Counted from the first letter of the stretch, positions 1 to 7,055 are shown. The stretch: 18,254 nucleotides of DNA from Propionibacteriaceae bacterium (GCA_031256725.1 JAIRQE010000022.1:1-18254); one strand, 5' to 3'. Numbers and translations: made by a program. Notes: a model not told the origin generated them from the sequence alone.

Positions 1-687
1 GGAGCCATTCACGCCATCACGGGCACTGCCCTGATCACTCTTGCCGCCGTCATCATCTCCGTACCCATCGGTGTGGGTACCGCGATCTATCTCGTTGAAT
101 ATGGGCGAGGTGCAGTGCCGAAACTCATTCGTTTCCTCACGGATGTGATGACCGGGATACCCTCAATCGTGGCAGGTCTCTTCGCTTATGCACTCATCGT
201 GATCTTTGTGGGTCCTGGAGCCCGTGCTGGAATCGCAGGTGCCATCGCTTTGTCACTTCTCATGATTCCTGTCGTGATTAAGTCCAGTGAAGAGATGCTC
301 ATCCTTGTACCAGAGGACCTCAGGGAGGCCTCCATGGCTTTGGGTGCACCGAAGTACAAAACCGTCACCTCGGTTGTACTCCCAACCTCCATGTCGGGAA
401 TCCTGGCAGGAGTAATGCTTGGTGTATGTCGAATTATTGGTGAAACAGCACCCCTTCTCCTCGTCGCAGGGTTTACGGATTCTATGAATCGCAACCTCTT
501 CGATGGCCGAATGTCCACCCTCCCGGTGTACATCTACTCCCAATGGCAGAACAAGGGTGCTAACTCTGAGGCCTATGACAATCGCGCCTGGACAGCAGCA
601 CTCGTACTCATAGCCATTGTCCTGATCTTTAACATGGCATCCAGGGTGGTTGCCCACTTCCTGAGCCCCAAAACTTCCAAACGATAA
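1..687 (+). CDS. pstA: Phosphate ABC transporter permease PstA, 5' truncated by the window edge
   Basis: Frame 1 is open from base 1 (GAIHAITGTALITLAAVIIS...), so the listed Met at 73 is internal. The stop is TAA at 685-687. The protein is a multi-TM permease with an EAS-ALGA-type loop (LREASMALGAPKYKT) and GETAPLL. It lies immediately upstream of pstB, as expected in the pstSCAB order. Confidence 0.9.
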   Translation, partial: GAIHAITGTALITLAAVIISVPIGVGTAIYLVEYGRGAVPKLIRFLTDVMTGIPSIVAGLFAYALIVIFVGPGARAGIAGAIALSLLMIPVVIKSSEEMLILVPEDLREASMALGAPKYKTVTSVVLPTSMSGILAGVMLGVCRIIGETAPLLLVAGFTDSMNRNLFDGRMSTLPVYIYSQWQNKGANSEAYDNRAWTAALVLIAIVLIFNMASRVVAHFLSPKTSKR

Positions 688-702
688 GCAGAAAGAACTC
701 TC

Positions 703-1524
703 ATGACCGACATGATTACAGACAGCCTCACACTGGCGCAGAACGCAGCCCAGCGCCTCGCAGTGGTGGGACTCTCAGCAAAATACGGAGACTTCCTGGC
801 ACTGTCAGACATCTCCTTGAGTATCGAACCGAGGGCTGTCACGGCCTTCATCGGCCCATCAGGCTGTGGGAAGTCCACCCTGCTTCGTACGATCAACCGT
901 ATGCATGAGGTGACTCCAGGAGCCACAGTACAAGGCTCAATACGTCTTGCTGGAATTGATCTTTATGATCCTCGCATTGACCCAGTTAATGTCCGTCGCA
1001 AGATCGGTATGGTCTTCCAAAGGCCTAATCCTTTCCCCACGATGTCGATTCGCGAGAACGTTCTCTCAGGGATCAAGCTCCAGCATCGACGCTTGAACAA
1101 GTCGGATGCCGATGATGTTGTCGAACTCTCCCTTCGTGCAGCGAACCTCTGGGATTCGGTGAAGGATCGACTGAACAAGCCTGGAGCCTCCTTGTCTGGT
1201 GGCCAGCAGCAGCGCCTGTGCATCGCACGAGTGATTGCGGTCGAACCTGATGTGATCTTGATGGACGAACCCTGTTCAGCACTCGACCCGATCTCCACAG
1301 CAGCCATCGAAGACCTCATGTTGAATCTGCGTCGCGACTACACCGTCGTGATTGTTACCCACAACATGCAACAGGCCGCTCGAGTCTCCGACAAGACCGC
1401 CTTCTTCACAGTGGACGGTACAGGCGAGCCCGGTCGTCTCGTTGAATATGCGGATACTGAAAAGATCTTCTCGAATCCTGATGAGAAGGCGACAGAAGAC
1501 TACGTCGCTGGGCGCTTCGGATAA
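703..1524 (+). CDS. pstB: Phosphate import ATP-binding protein PstB
   Basis: 273 aa with Walker [13 protein letters not shown] signature LSGGQQQRL, Walker [13 protein letters not shown] and H-loop VTHNM. The C-terminal EDYVAGRFG is typical of PstB. The gene starts 15 nt after the pstA stop. Confidence 0.95.
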   Translation: MTDMITDSLTLAQNAAQRLAVVGLSAKYGDFLALSDISLSIEPRAVTAFIGPSGCGKSTLLRTINRMHEVTPGATVQGSIRLAGIDLYDPRIDPVNVRRKIGMVFQRPNPFPTMSIRENVLSGIKLQHRRLNKSDADDVVELSLRAANLWDSVKDRLNKPGASLSGGQQQRLCIARVIAVEPDVILMDEPCSALDPISTAAIEDLMLNLRRDYTVVIVTHNMQQAARVSDKTAFFTVDGTGEPGRLVEYADTEKIFSNPDEKATEDYVAGRFG

Positions 1525-1536
1525 TTAAGGTTCCTC

Positions 1537-2607
1537 GTGGGCTACAGTAGGGGCATGAGCTACCCGAGTCAGCGCGGCACCAAGAAGGCCCTCGGCCACA
1601 TTATTGCTGCTGTACGAGCCTTCGGGGGTTTTAGTGTGCTTCTCACCAAGAGAGGCAAGATTGTTTATGCATCACCATTGGCGAAGTCGCTCATTTTTCA
1701 GGACTCAGGTGTCTTAACAAATCCTGACTTGGTTGCGGTTGCTAAGGAGGCTTGGAAGTCTCGCGAACATGTGGCTCGCTCCTGCCAACTGACGAATCTG
1801 GGCCCCTTTCAAGAGGTTGTCCTGCAAGCTGAGGTTGTGGAGTCACGTTGGATTCTGGTCACAGTCATAGATCGCACAGATGAGGTGAAGGCGATACAAA
1901 TCCGTCGTGATTTCGTGTCCAATATCGGACATGAACTTCGTACCCCTGTTACCTCAGTTGGGCTTATCGCTCAGGCGCTCAAATCCTGTTCAGGAGATCA
2001 AGCAGCGGTTGAGCATTTCTCGCAGAGACTAGCCAATGTGGCGAAGAGATTGGAACGCTTAGCCGATGGGATGCTGGCCCTCGCTCACGCTCAGGATCCC
2101 CAAACAACCCAGCCACTGACCAGAATTCATGTCAGTGATCTCGTTGACAAAGCAGTCTTCCAGGCCCTGGAGACTGCCCGGGGTAAGGGTGTGAAGCTCA
2201 AGACCAAGAAGCGGGTTGAGGCTCATGTGCTGGGGGATGAGGAATCCCTTGTTTCAGCCCTGGAAAACCTTCTCTCTAATGCCATCTACTATTCGCCTAA
2301 GGGATCCAGGGTTACTGTGACTTCACAGAAAGGCGAGGAGGAAGGTATCATCTCTATCAGTGTGATCGATATGGGAATAGGTATTGATACAGCTGATCAG
2401 GAGAGGATCTTTGAGAGGTTCTATCGTACCGACGAGGCCAGGTCCCACAGAGTTGGAGGTACCGGGCTCGGACTCGCTATTGTTAAACATACTGCCTTGT
2501 CACATGGTGGAAATGTGAGCGTGGATTCGCAGATAGGGTCAGGATCGACCTTCACGCTGACCCTGCCTATTGCGAGCAACGAGGATCATGAGGAGAGGAA
2601 AGACTAA
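1537..2607 (+). CDS. senX3: Sensor histidine kinase, SenX3/PhoR-like, apparently cytosolic (PAS-like N-terminus, no clear TM helix)
   Basis: H-box RRDFVSNIGHELRTPV, with the His codon cat at 1930-1932. N-box LLSNAIYYSP, G1 DMGIGI and G2 GTGLGLAIVKH are also present. The start could be GTG 1537 or ATG 1555. The gene lies 12 nt after the pstB stop and overlaps the next gene by 1 nt. Confidence 0.85.
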   Translation: MGYSRGMSYPSQRGTKKALGHIIAAVRAFGGFSVLLTKRGKIVYASPLAKSLIFQDSGVLTNPDLVAVAKEAWKSREHVARSCQLTNLGPFQEVVLQAEVVESRWILVTVIDRTDEVKAIQIRRDFVSNIGHELRTPVTSVGLIAQALKSCSGDQAAVEHFSQRLANVAKRLERLADGMLALAHAQDPQTTQPLTRIHVSDLVDKAVFQALETARGKGVKLKTKKRVEAHVLGDEESLVSALENLLSNAIYYSPKGSRVTVTSQKGEEEGIISISVIDMGIGIDTADQERIFERFYRTDEARSHRVGGTGLGLAIVKHTALSHGGNVSVDSQIGSGSTFTLTLPIASNEDHEERKD

Positions 2608-3284
2608 TGCCGAGTTTGTTATTGGTGGAAGATTCCGATGATGTACGCGAAACCCTGGCTTATTTGCTTACCCGCGAAGGATATGAAGTTCGGACAGTCT
2701 CAGATGGTCTCACAGCCCTCACCGAGTTTGAGAACAATCCTCCAGACATTATCCTCCTCGACCTGATGATTCCCGAGCTCTCTGGGATCGACGTTTGTCG
2801 AAGGATTCGTTTAACCTCGGATGTACCCATCATCATGCTGACCGCAAAAGTGGGGGAGGCCAATGTGGTCGTGGGTCTCGAATCTGGCGCAGATGATTAT
2901 GTGACAAAGCCTTTCTCGACTCCAGAGTTGCTGGCTCGGCTGCGCTCGGTACTGCGTCGCCATCGTGCAGGGGAGCCGGAAAACACCGTGCTGGTGTCGG
3001 GCAGTCTCGAAATGGATGTGGAACGCCATCGGGTGAAGGTCAATGGGAACAAAGTCGAGATGCCCCTACGAGAGTTTGAGCTTCTTGAACTCCTGATGCG
3101 TAATGTGGGTCGCGTGTTGACTCGTCGCCAGATCATTGAGCGAGTGTGGGGGTCGGATTACTACGGAGACACCAAGACACTTGATGTCCATGTACGACGT
3201 CTGCGCGCCAAAATCGAGGAGGATCCTGATGAGCCTCGTCGTCTGATCACTGTACGAGGTTTGGGATACCGCCTCGAAGAGTGA
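2607..3284 (+). CDS. regX3: OmpR/PhoB-family response regulator, RegX3-like
   Basis: 225 aa. The receiver domain has an E8-D9 acidic pocket, phosphoacceptor D52 (ILLDLMIP) and K in VTKPF. The winged-helix C-terminus (MDVERHRVKVNG...LMRNVGRVLTRRQIIERVWG..YYGDTKTLDVHVRRLRAKIE..P....ITVRGLGYRLE) closely resembles mycobacterial RegX3 as I remember it. The start is a TAATG stop/start overlap with the kinase, preceded by a GAGGAGAGGAAAG Shine-Dalgarno. Confidence 0.92.
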   Translation: MPSLLLVEDSDDVRETLAYLLTREGYEVRTVSDGLTALTEFENNPPDIILLDLMIPELSGIDVCRRIRLTSDVPIIMLTAKVGEANVVVGLESGADDYVTKPFSTPELLARLRSVLRRHRAGEPENTVLVSGSLEMDVERHRVKVNGNKVEMPLREFELLELLMRNVGRVLTRRQIIERVWGSDYYGDTKTLDVHVRRLRAKIEEDPDEPRRLITVRGLGYRLEE

Positions 3285-4114
3285 CTGTCGCTATTGTGAC
3301 ACCAATTACTTTGTGGCTTGGTCTGATTAGCTCTACAGTTGGCTACATGAATGACTGGTTTAAGTACTTTTGGACCTCCCCTGTCGATGCACCACCAGAA
3401 CTTGGTTTTGGGTTGTTTACAACCTCTCACCTGGTGATGCTCACCGTTCTGGCAGTGATTATCGCCACCATCGTATGGATCTACACCAAGGCAAATACGG
3501 ATCGGCGTCACCTCATCAGGTTAGCTATAGGCATCTTTGTTCTCTTCCTTGAATTGGTACTACGCCAGGGAGCCTTTATTGTTTTAGGAATCTATACCCC
3601 AGCGATTCTTCCTCTTCATGCCTGTGCTATTGCCACATTCTGCGTGGCTATCGATGCTTTCAAACCGAATTCCTGGTGCCGAGAGTTCATCTATGCTGTG
3701 GGTACCTGGGGTCCACTATGTGCACTGCTCTTTCCTGACTGGGCCAACCAACCCATCATCAATATCTTCACTTGGCAGTCTTTTGTGGTTCATGCCTTCC
3801 TCTTCGCTTATGCTCTGATGCTTCTGGTTTCCAAAGAGTTCAGGCCAAGTGCGAGAAACCTGTGGATGGTATTGATCATCATGGCAGTCTTCGTGGGTGC
3901 CTCCCTGATCGTCAATAACGCCATGGGTACGAACTTTTGGTTCTTAGCCACAGCCGCACCTGGATCTCCACTTGAACCCATTCAAAAAATCGCGGGAGGC
4001 TTCTATATTCCCTTGTTATCCATTATTTTGTCGGTTTTGTGGGCTGTGATGTACCTCCCGTGGCATCTCCCTCGTCGGGGAGTGGAAACTCATCCTTCCA
4101 TCGATGTCCAGTGA
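3281..4114 (+). CDS. Polytopic (about 7-TM) membrane protein, probably TIGR02206 / YwaF / TMEM164 family
   Basis: There are seven hydrophobic segments. The motif ILPLHACAIATF resembles the LPLHLC motif I associate with the TIGR02206 (YwaF/TMEM164) family. The start is uncertain. GTG 3281 gives a GTGA overlap with the regX3 stop. ATG 3347 (MNDWFKYFW...) gives a more family-typical N-terminus. The stop is TGA at 4112-4114. Confidence 0.7.
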   Translation: MTVAIVTPITLWLGLISSTVGYMNDWFKYFWTSPVDAPPELGFGLFTTSHLVMLTVLAVIIATIVWIYTKANTDRRHLIRLAIGIFVLFLELVLRQGAFIVLGIYTPAILPLHACAIATFCVAIDAFKPNSWCREFIYAVGTWGPLCALLFPDWANQPIINIFTWQSFVVHAFLFAYALMLLVSKEFRPSARNLWMVLIIMAVFVGASLIVNNAMGTNFWFLATAAPGSPLEPIQKIAGGFYIPLLSIILSVLWAVMYLPWHLPRRGVETHPSIDVQ

Positions 4115-5822
4115 GGCGTCGCCAGGCTTGCGATGTGGGGATATCCCGTCCTGTGACCGTATAGAAGAGGGTTGAGTCGTCGTAGAGGGCTTCGCTTTGC
4201 TCATCAAAGGCATCATGGGTACCCACCATGACCACCTCATCACCCAATTGCAGAGTGAAGTCGTCTTCAGGAAGTGTGAAGACCTCATCTCCACGGATGA
4301 CGACCAGTGCCATGGCCGCAATATTCTGGGTGGAATCCTGTGCTGATTTGAAGAGGGTACCCAAAGTGATCTGACGATGATGGAGCCATCTTTCCACTGA
4401 GGGAGTCTGCTTGTCCGAGATCACCATTTTCACCGCTCGGGGAGTATTCGGACCGACTCGATCAACGAGGCGGTTGGTGAGTTTTTGGCACAGACCATCA
4501 TCAGTATGCATGAGGTCAAGGATGAACTCCCAGAACCGAGGGGTGATCAGATTGGCAACAGCCTGCTGGGCGATGAGTTGGGGAGGGAAAAAAGAGAAAT
4601 CCGGGACAAAGGCATCAAGGAGAGGCAATCGAGAGTGGGCGTGTTGGCGTACCGTCAGAAAGATCTCAGGATGGATATGACGCAAGTGGGCAGCAAGAGC
4701 AAGGTTCAAGGTATCTGACTGCGCGCCAGCGATCACTGCTTGGATTCCGGTGAAATCATGGTCGTGAGTGGGATCATCAATCCTAACTTCGAACCCTTCT
4801 GCTCGAAGATCACGGGCGATCTCTTCACCGAAGGCACCATCAGCAACCACCAGCCAATTATCAACCTGAACGCGGGGTGGAATGGGTGGCAGGGGAGTAC
4901 CCTCTTCGGCAATGAGCCAGGTGATCAGCCTGAAGGTATAGGGGTGTTTCAACGACAGTACAAGCAGGTTTCCAAACTCATCAAAGGGGTTAATGATAGC
5001 CTGTGGGTCAAAGTCAGCCATGGCCTCTGCGGTACGCCGAGTTGAGGCCCGCGCAATCACTGGAAGTTCTGGGCGCAGCAGGGAGCAACTCATGACGATT
5101 TGCAGATTGGCTTCCTCATTGCCGGTCATCGCTAGGACAGCCTCACAGTCGGGGTGATCAAGACCAGCCAAACCCAGGGTCGAAGGGTTGCAGGCATCCC
5201 CACAAATCCCAGGTACCTCCTGACTGAGCATATCTGTTGCCAGGCGCTCAATAGGGGGAGCCTTATCATCAATGACGACAATCCTTCGTCCTAAGCGGTC
5301 AAGGGATTTGGCTACTGTACGACCAGTGAAACCGTACCCAGCGATGATGGTGAAGGGCTGTCGCATATGGGAGATGGTATGTCGTACAGACTGGGCTGCC
5401 CTCGCTGACTGGAAGGCCGAATCCTGCATCAACGACATGACCCGAGCAAGCATATATGCCCACCCGATGACAGAGAGGTACACAAAGAAAACAACCCACC
5501 AACGCTGGTAAATCGAAAACTCGTGGGGGATCTCACCGAAACCGATTGTTGTTGCTGTCGTGGAGAAGACGTAGAAGGCCTCAAAACCACTCAAACGTCC
5601 TGATGAACCATCCGGCTGGGGGATTCCCGGCATGAGTGCCAACCCAGTGATCCCAACAGTCATGATAGTGATGATGGTCAGCAGGGGGGTACGTACCCTT
5701 CTCAGGGCGATAAAAACCGCTGTCGTGTTAGGAATCTCTGTAGGGATTGCTACTTGGGCGGCCTGGAGCTGAGTGGTACGGATCGATAAGTTTCGACGCC
5801 GTCGACGTCTAGTCGGTGACAT
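4023..5822 (-). CDS. 2-TM pore K+ channel fused to RCK/TrkA-N and TrkA-C-like cytoplasmic domains
   Basis: 599 aa. The N-terminus is Arg-rich (MSPTRRRRRR). TM1 is followed by a pore helix and filter FSTTATTIGFGE (nt 5532-5552 encode TTIGFGE), then TM2. The first Rossmann/RCK segment is FTIIAGYGFTGRTVAKSLDRLGRRIVVIDD. A second, degenerate one is WLVVADGAFGEEIARDLRAEGFEVRIDD. The C-terminal TrkA-C-like segment is ITLGTLF...LVVIRGDEVFTLPEDDFTLQLGDEVVMVG. The stop is TAA (tta at 4023-4025 on the plus strand). Confidence 0.88.
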   Translation of the reverse strand: MSPTRRRRRRNLSIRTTQLQAAQVAIPTEIPNTTAVFIALRRVRTPLLTIITIMTVGITGLALMPGIPQPDGSSGRLSGFEAFYVFSTTATTIGFGEIPHEFSIYQRWWVVFFVYLSVIGWAYMLARVMSLMQDSAFQSARAAQSVRHTISHMRQPFTIIAGYGFTGRTVAKSLDRLGRRIVVIDDKAPPIERLATDMLSQEVPGICGDACNPSTLGLAGLDHPDCEAVLAMTGNEEANLQIVMSCSLLRPELPVIARASTRRTAEAMADFDPQAIINPFDEFGNLLVLSLKHPYTFRLITWLIAEEGTPLPPIPPRVQVDNWLVVADGAFGEEIARDLRAEGFEVRIDDPTHDHDFTGIQAVIAGAQSDTLNLALAAHLRHIHPEIFLTVRQHAHSRLPLLDAFVPDFSFFPPQLIAQQAVANLITPRFWEFILDLMHTDDGLCQKLTNRLVDRVGPNTPRAVKMVISDKQTPSVERWLHHRQITLGTLFKSAQDSTQNIAAMALVVIRGDEVFTLPEDDFTLQLGDEVVMVGTHDAFDEQSEALYDDSTLFYTVTGRDIPTSQAWRRLTGHRWKDEFPLPDEGDATGGTSQPTKPTK

Positions 5823-5834
5823 TAGCGTCGACGG
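5799..5834 (-). other. Perfect 9-bp GC-rich inverted repeat (RNA hairpin) enclosing the TAATG stop/start junction
   Basis: On the plus strand, CCGTCGACG (5799-5807) and CGTCGACGG (5826-5834) are exact reverse complements. On the minus-strand mRNA this reads 5'-CCGUCGACG-CUAAUGUCACCGACUAGA-CGUCGACGG-3', an 18-nt loop carrying UAAUG. Confidence 0.6.
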
Positions 5835-6205
5835 AATGATGAGGTCTCAATGACCAGAAGAATCACCGAGACGATGTTTGCCAGAAGAGCACCCCCGGAT
5901 AGGGAGACGGTAACGGCCACCATGTTTCGAGGGACGGGATCCATTGTCGCCTGTGCGATGGTATAAACCACAGCAGCAGCAATGAGCTGGATCATGGCAA
6001 CCAAGGATGTGGCGAGATGGATCGCGCCGATCTGGGTACGATCACCCAGTTTTAGGACAGTGGCGACCAGACCCACAACAATGGCTGCATAGAGTTCAAT
6101 TGATGAATGAACACTGGGATCCCCGATGTCGCCGAGGAAGAAACCGAAGTTCAATGTGGCTGCAAACAGGACAAAGAACCCGAAAAAGACTTTCTCAAGA
6201 CTCAT
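5822..6205 (-). CDS. Small 4-TM membrane protein of unknown function, translationally coupled to the K+ channel gene
   Basis: 127 aa with four hydrophobic helices (about residues 6-25, 36-54, 59-84 and 96-120) and a basic C-terminal tail, SSFRRR. Its TAA stop (5824-5822) shares one base with the channel ATG (5822-5820). I recognised no family motif. Confidence 0.7.
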   Translation of the reverse strand: MSLEKVFFGFFVLFAATLNFGFFLGDIGDPSVHSSIELYAAIVVGLVATVLKLGDRTQIGAIHLATSLVAMIQLIAAAVVYTIAQATMDPVPRNMVAVTVSLSGGALLANIVSVILLVIETSSFRRR

Positions 6206-6211
6206 AGGGAC

Positions 6212-6217
6212 AAACTA
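6212..6217 (-). promoter_or_regulatory. Candidate -10 hexamer (TAGTTT) for a leaderless transcript of the 4-TM/channel operon
   Basis: The minus strand reads ...gtgcTAGTTTgtccctATG. The TANNNT hexamer ends 6 nt before the ATG at 6205, and no purine-rich Shine-Dalgarno lies in between. Confidence 0.35.
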
Positions 6218-6259
6218 GCACGTTTGCCTAGGGATGTGCCTCTTAGTCGTGGAATGCAG

Positions 6260-6985
6260 TCACTCTTTTCCGTTTGTACGGCGCAGAACCGATGAGAGTT
6301 TTTCTGCTGCGGCGACAACGGCTGGCGCATGAAGGCGACCAGGTGATCGGGTCAAACGTTCGATGGGTCCAGACACGGACACTGCTGCAATGATTTTGCC
6401 TCCAGGGGATCGTACCGGTGCAGACACGGATGCAACTCCAGGCTCCCTTTCCGACACAGATTGAGCCCAACCACGATGGCGTACCGTGGCGAGAGTTTCA
6501 GCAGTGAAATGGGCCTGTGTGAGCCCACGCTGGATGCGCTCAGGCTCCTCCCACGCTAGAAGAACATGGGCTGCGGAACCGGCTTTCATCGACAACTGTG
6601 AACCTACGGGTACAGTGTCACGCAGGCCTGCTGGACGTTCGGAACCTGCCACGCAGATGCGAATATCCCCTTGACGACGGAAGAGTTGGGAAGATTCGCC
6701 CGTAATGTCGCGTAAACGTGAGAGAATAGGACCAGCGGTTGCGAGAAGTCGGTCCTCGCCAGCTGATTGGGCGAGTTCGCCAAGCCGGGGGCCAAGTACA
6801 AATCGACCGTTAAGATCCCTGCCAACGAGGCGGTGATACTCAAGGGCTACTGCAAGACGGTGAGCAGTGGGGCGGGCAAGCCCTGTGACTGATACGAGAC
6901 CAGCGAGGGTCATTGGTCCTGACTCAAGAGCAGTCAGTACAACGGCGGCTTTGTCGAGAACGCCAACACCGGAAGAAATGTCCAT
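6260..6985 (-). CDS. ltbR: IclR-family transcriptional regulator, LtbR-like (divergent from leuCD)
   Basis: 241 aa. The N-terminal wHTH is VLDKAAVVLTALESGPMTLAGLVSVTGLARPTAHRLAVALE. The IclR effector domain includes GVASVSAPVRSPGGKIIAAVSVSGPIERL. The divergent iclR-leuCD arrangement matches the conserved actinobacterial LtbR/leuCD synteny seen in Corynebacterium glutamicum and in Mycobacterium Rv2989/leuC. Confidence 0.85.
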   Translation of the reverse strand: MDISSGVGVLDKAAVVLTALESGPMTLAGLVSVTGLARPTAHRLAVALEYHRLVGRDLNGRFVLGPRLGELAQSAGEDRLLATAGPILSRLRDITGESSQLFRRQGDIRICVAGSERPAGLRDTVPVGSQLSMKAGSAAHVLLAWEEPERIQRGLTQAHFTAETLATVRHRGWAQSVSEREPGVASVSAPVRSPGGKIIAAVSVSGPIERLTRSPGRLHAPAVVAAAEKLSSVLRRTNGKE

Positions 6986-6991
6986 ATGCTG

Positions 6992-6997
6992 ATACTA
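6992..6997 (-). promoter_or_regulatory. Candidate -10 hexamer (TAGTAT) for a leaderless ltbR transcript
   Basis: The minus strand reads ...gactgTAGTATcagcatATG. The hexamer ends 6 nt before the ATG at 6985, and there is no Shine-Dalgarno. Confidence 0.35.
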
Positions 6998-7003
6998 CAG
7001 TCT

Positions 7004-7009
7004 TACTAT
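7004..7009 (+). promoter_or_regulatory. Candidate -10 hexamer (TACTAT) for leuCD
   Basis: This TANNNT hexamer lies about 46 nt upstream of the leuC ATG at 7056 and back to back with the ltbR -10 candidate. The AAAGGAGAG Shine-Dalgarno at about 7044-7052 would sit within the resulting leader. Confidence 0.3.
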
Positions 7010-7055
7010 GTGAGAAGTCTAGTTGGATTGGAGAAGACGCAGAGAAAGGAGAGTC

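Noticed and set aside
186-926. Three minus-strand ORFs (186-533, 253-657 and 573-926) lie opposite pstA and pstB.
   Set aside because: They are antisense shadows of strongly supported transporter genes, and their products are Arg/Ser/Pro-rich and unlike real proteins.
4411-5511. Several plus-strand ORFs of 77-101 aa (4411-4680, 4485-4718, 4740-5045 and 5272-5511) lie inside the channel gene region.
   Set aside because: All are antisense to the 599-aa channel CDS, whose pore, RCK and TrkA-C motifs are continuous in a single frame. None has an independent signal.
7023-7055. A TTG-initiated N-terminal extension of leuC ([11 protein letters not shown]) appears in the ORF track.
   Set aside because: ATG 7056 has a strong AAAGGAGAG Shine-Dalgarno and gives the canonical LeuC N-terminus ([11 protein letters not shown]). 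The extension itself encodes the Shine-Dalgarno.
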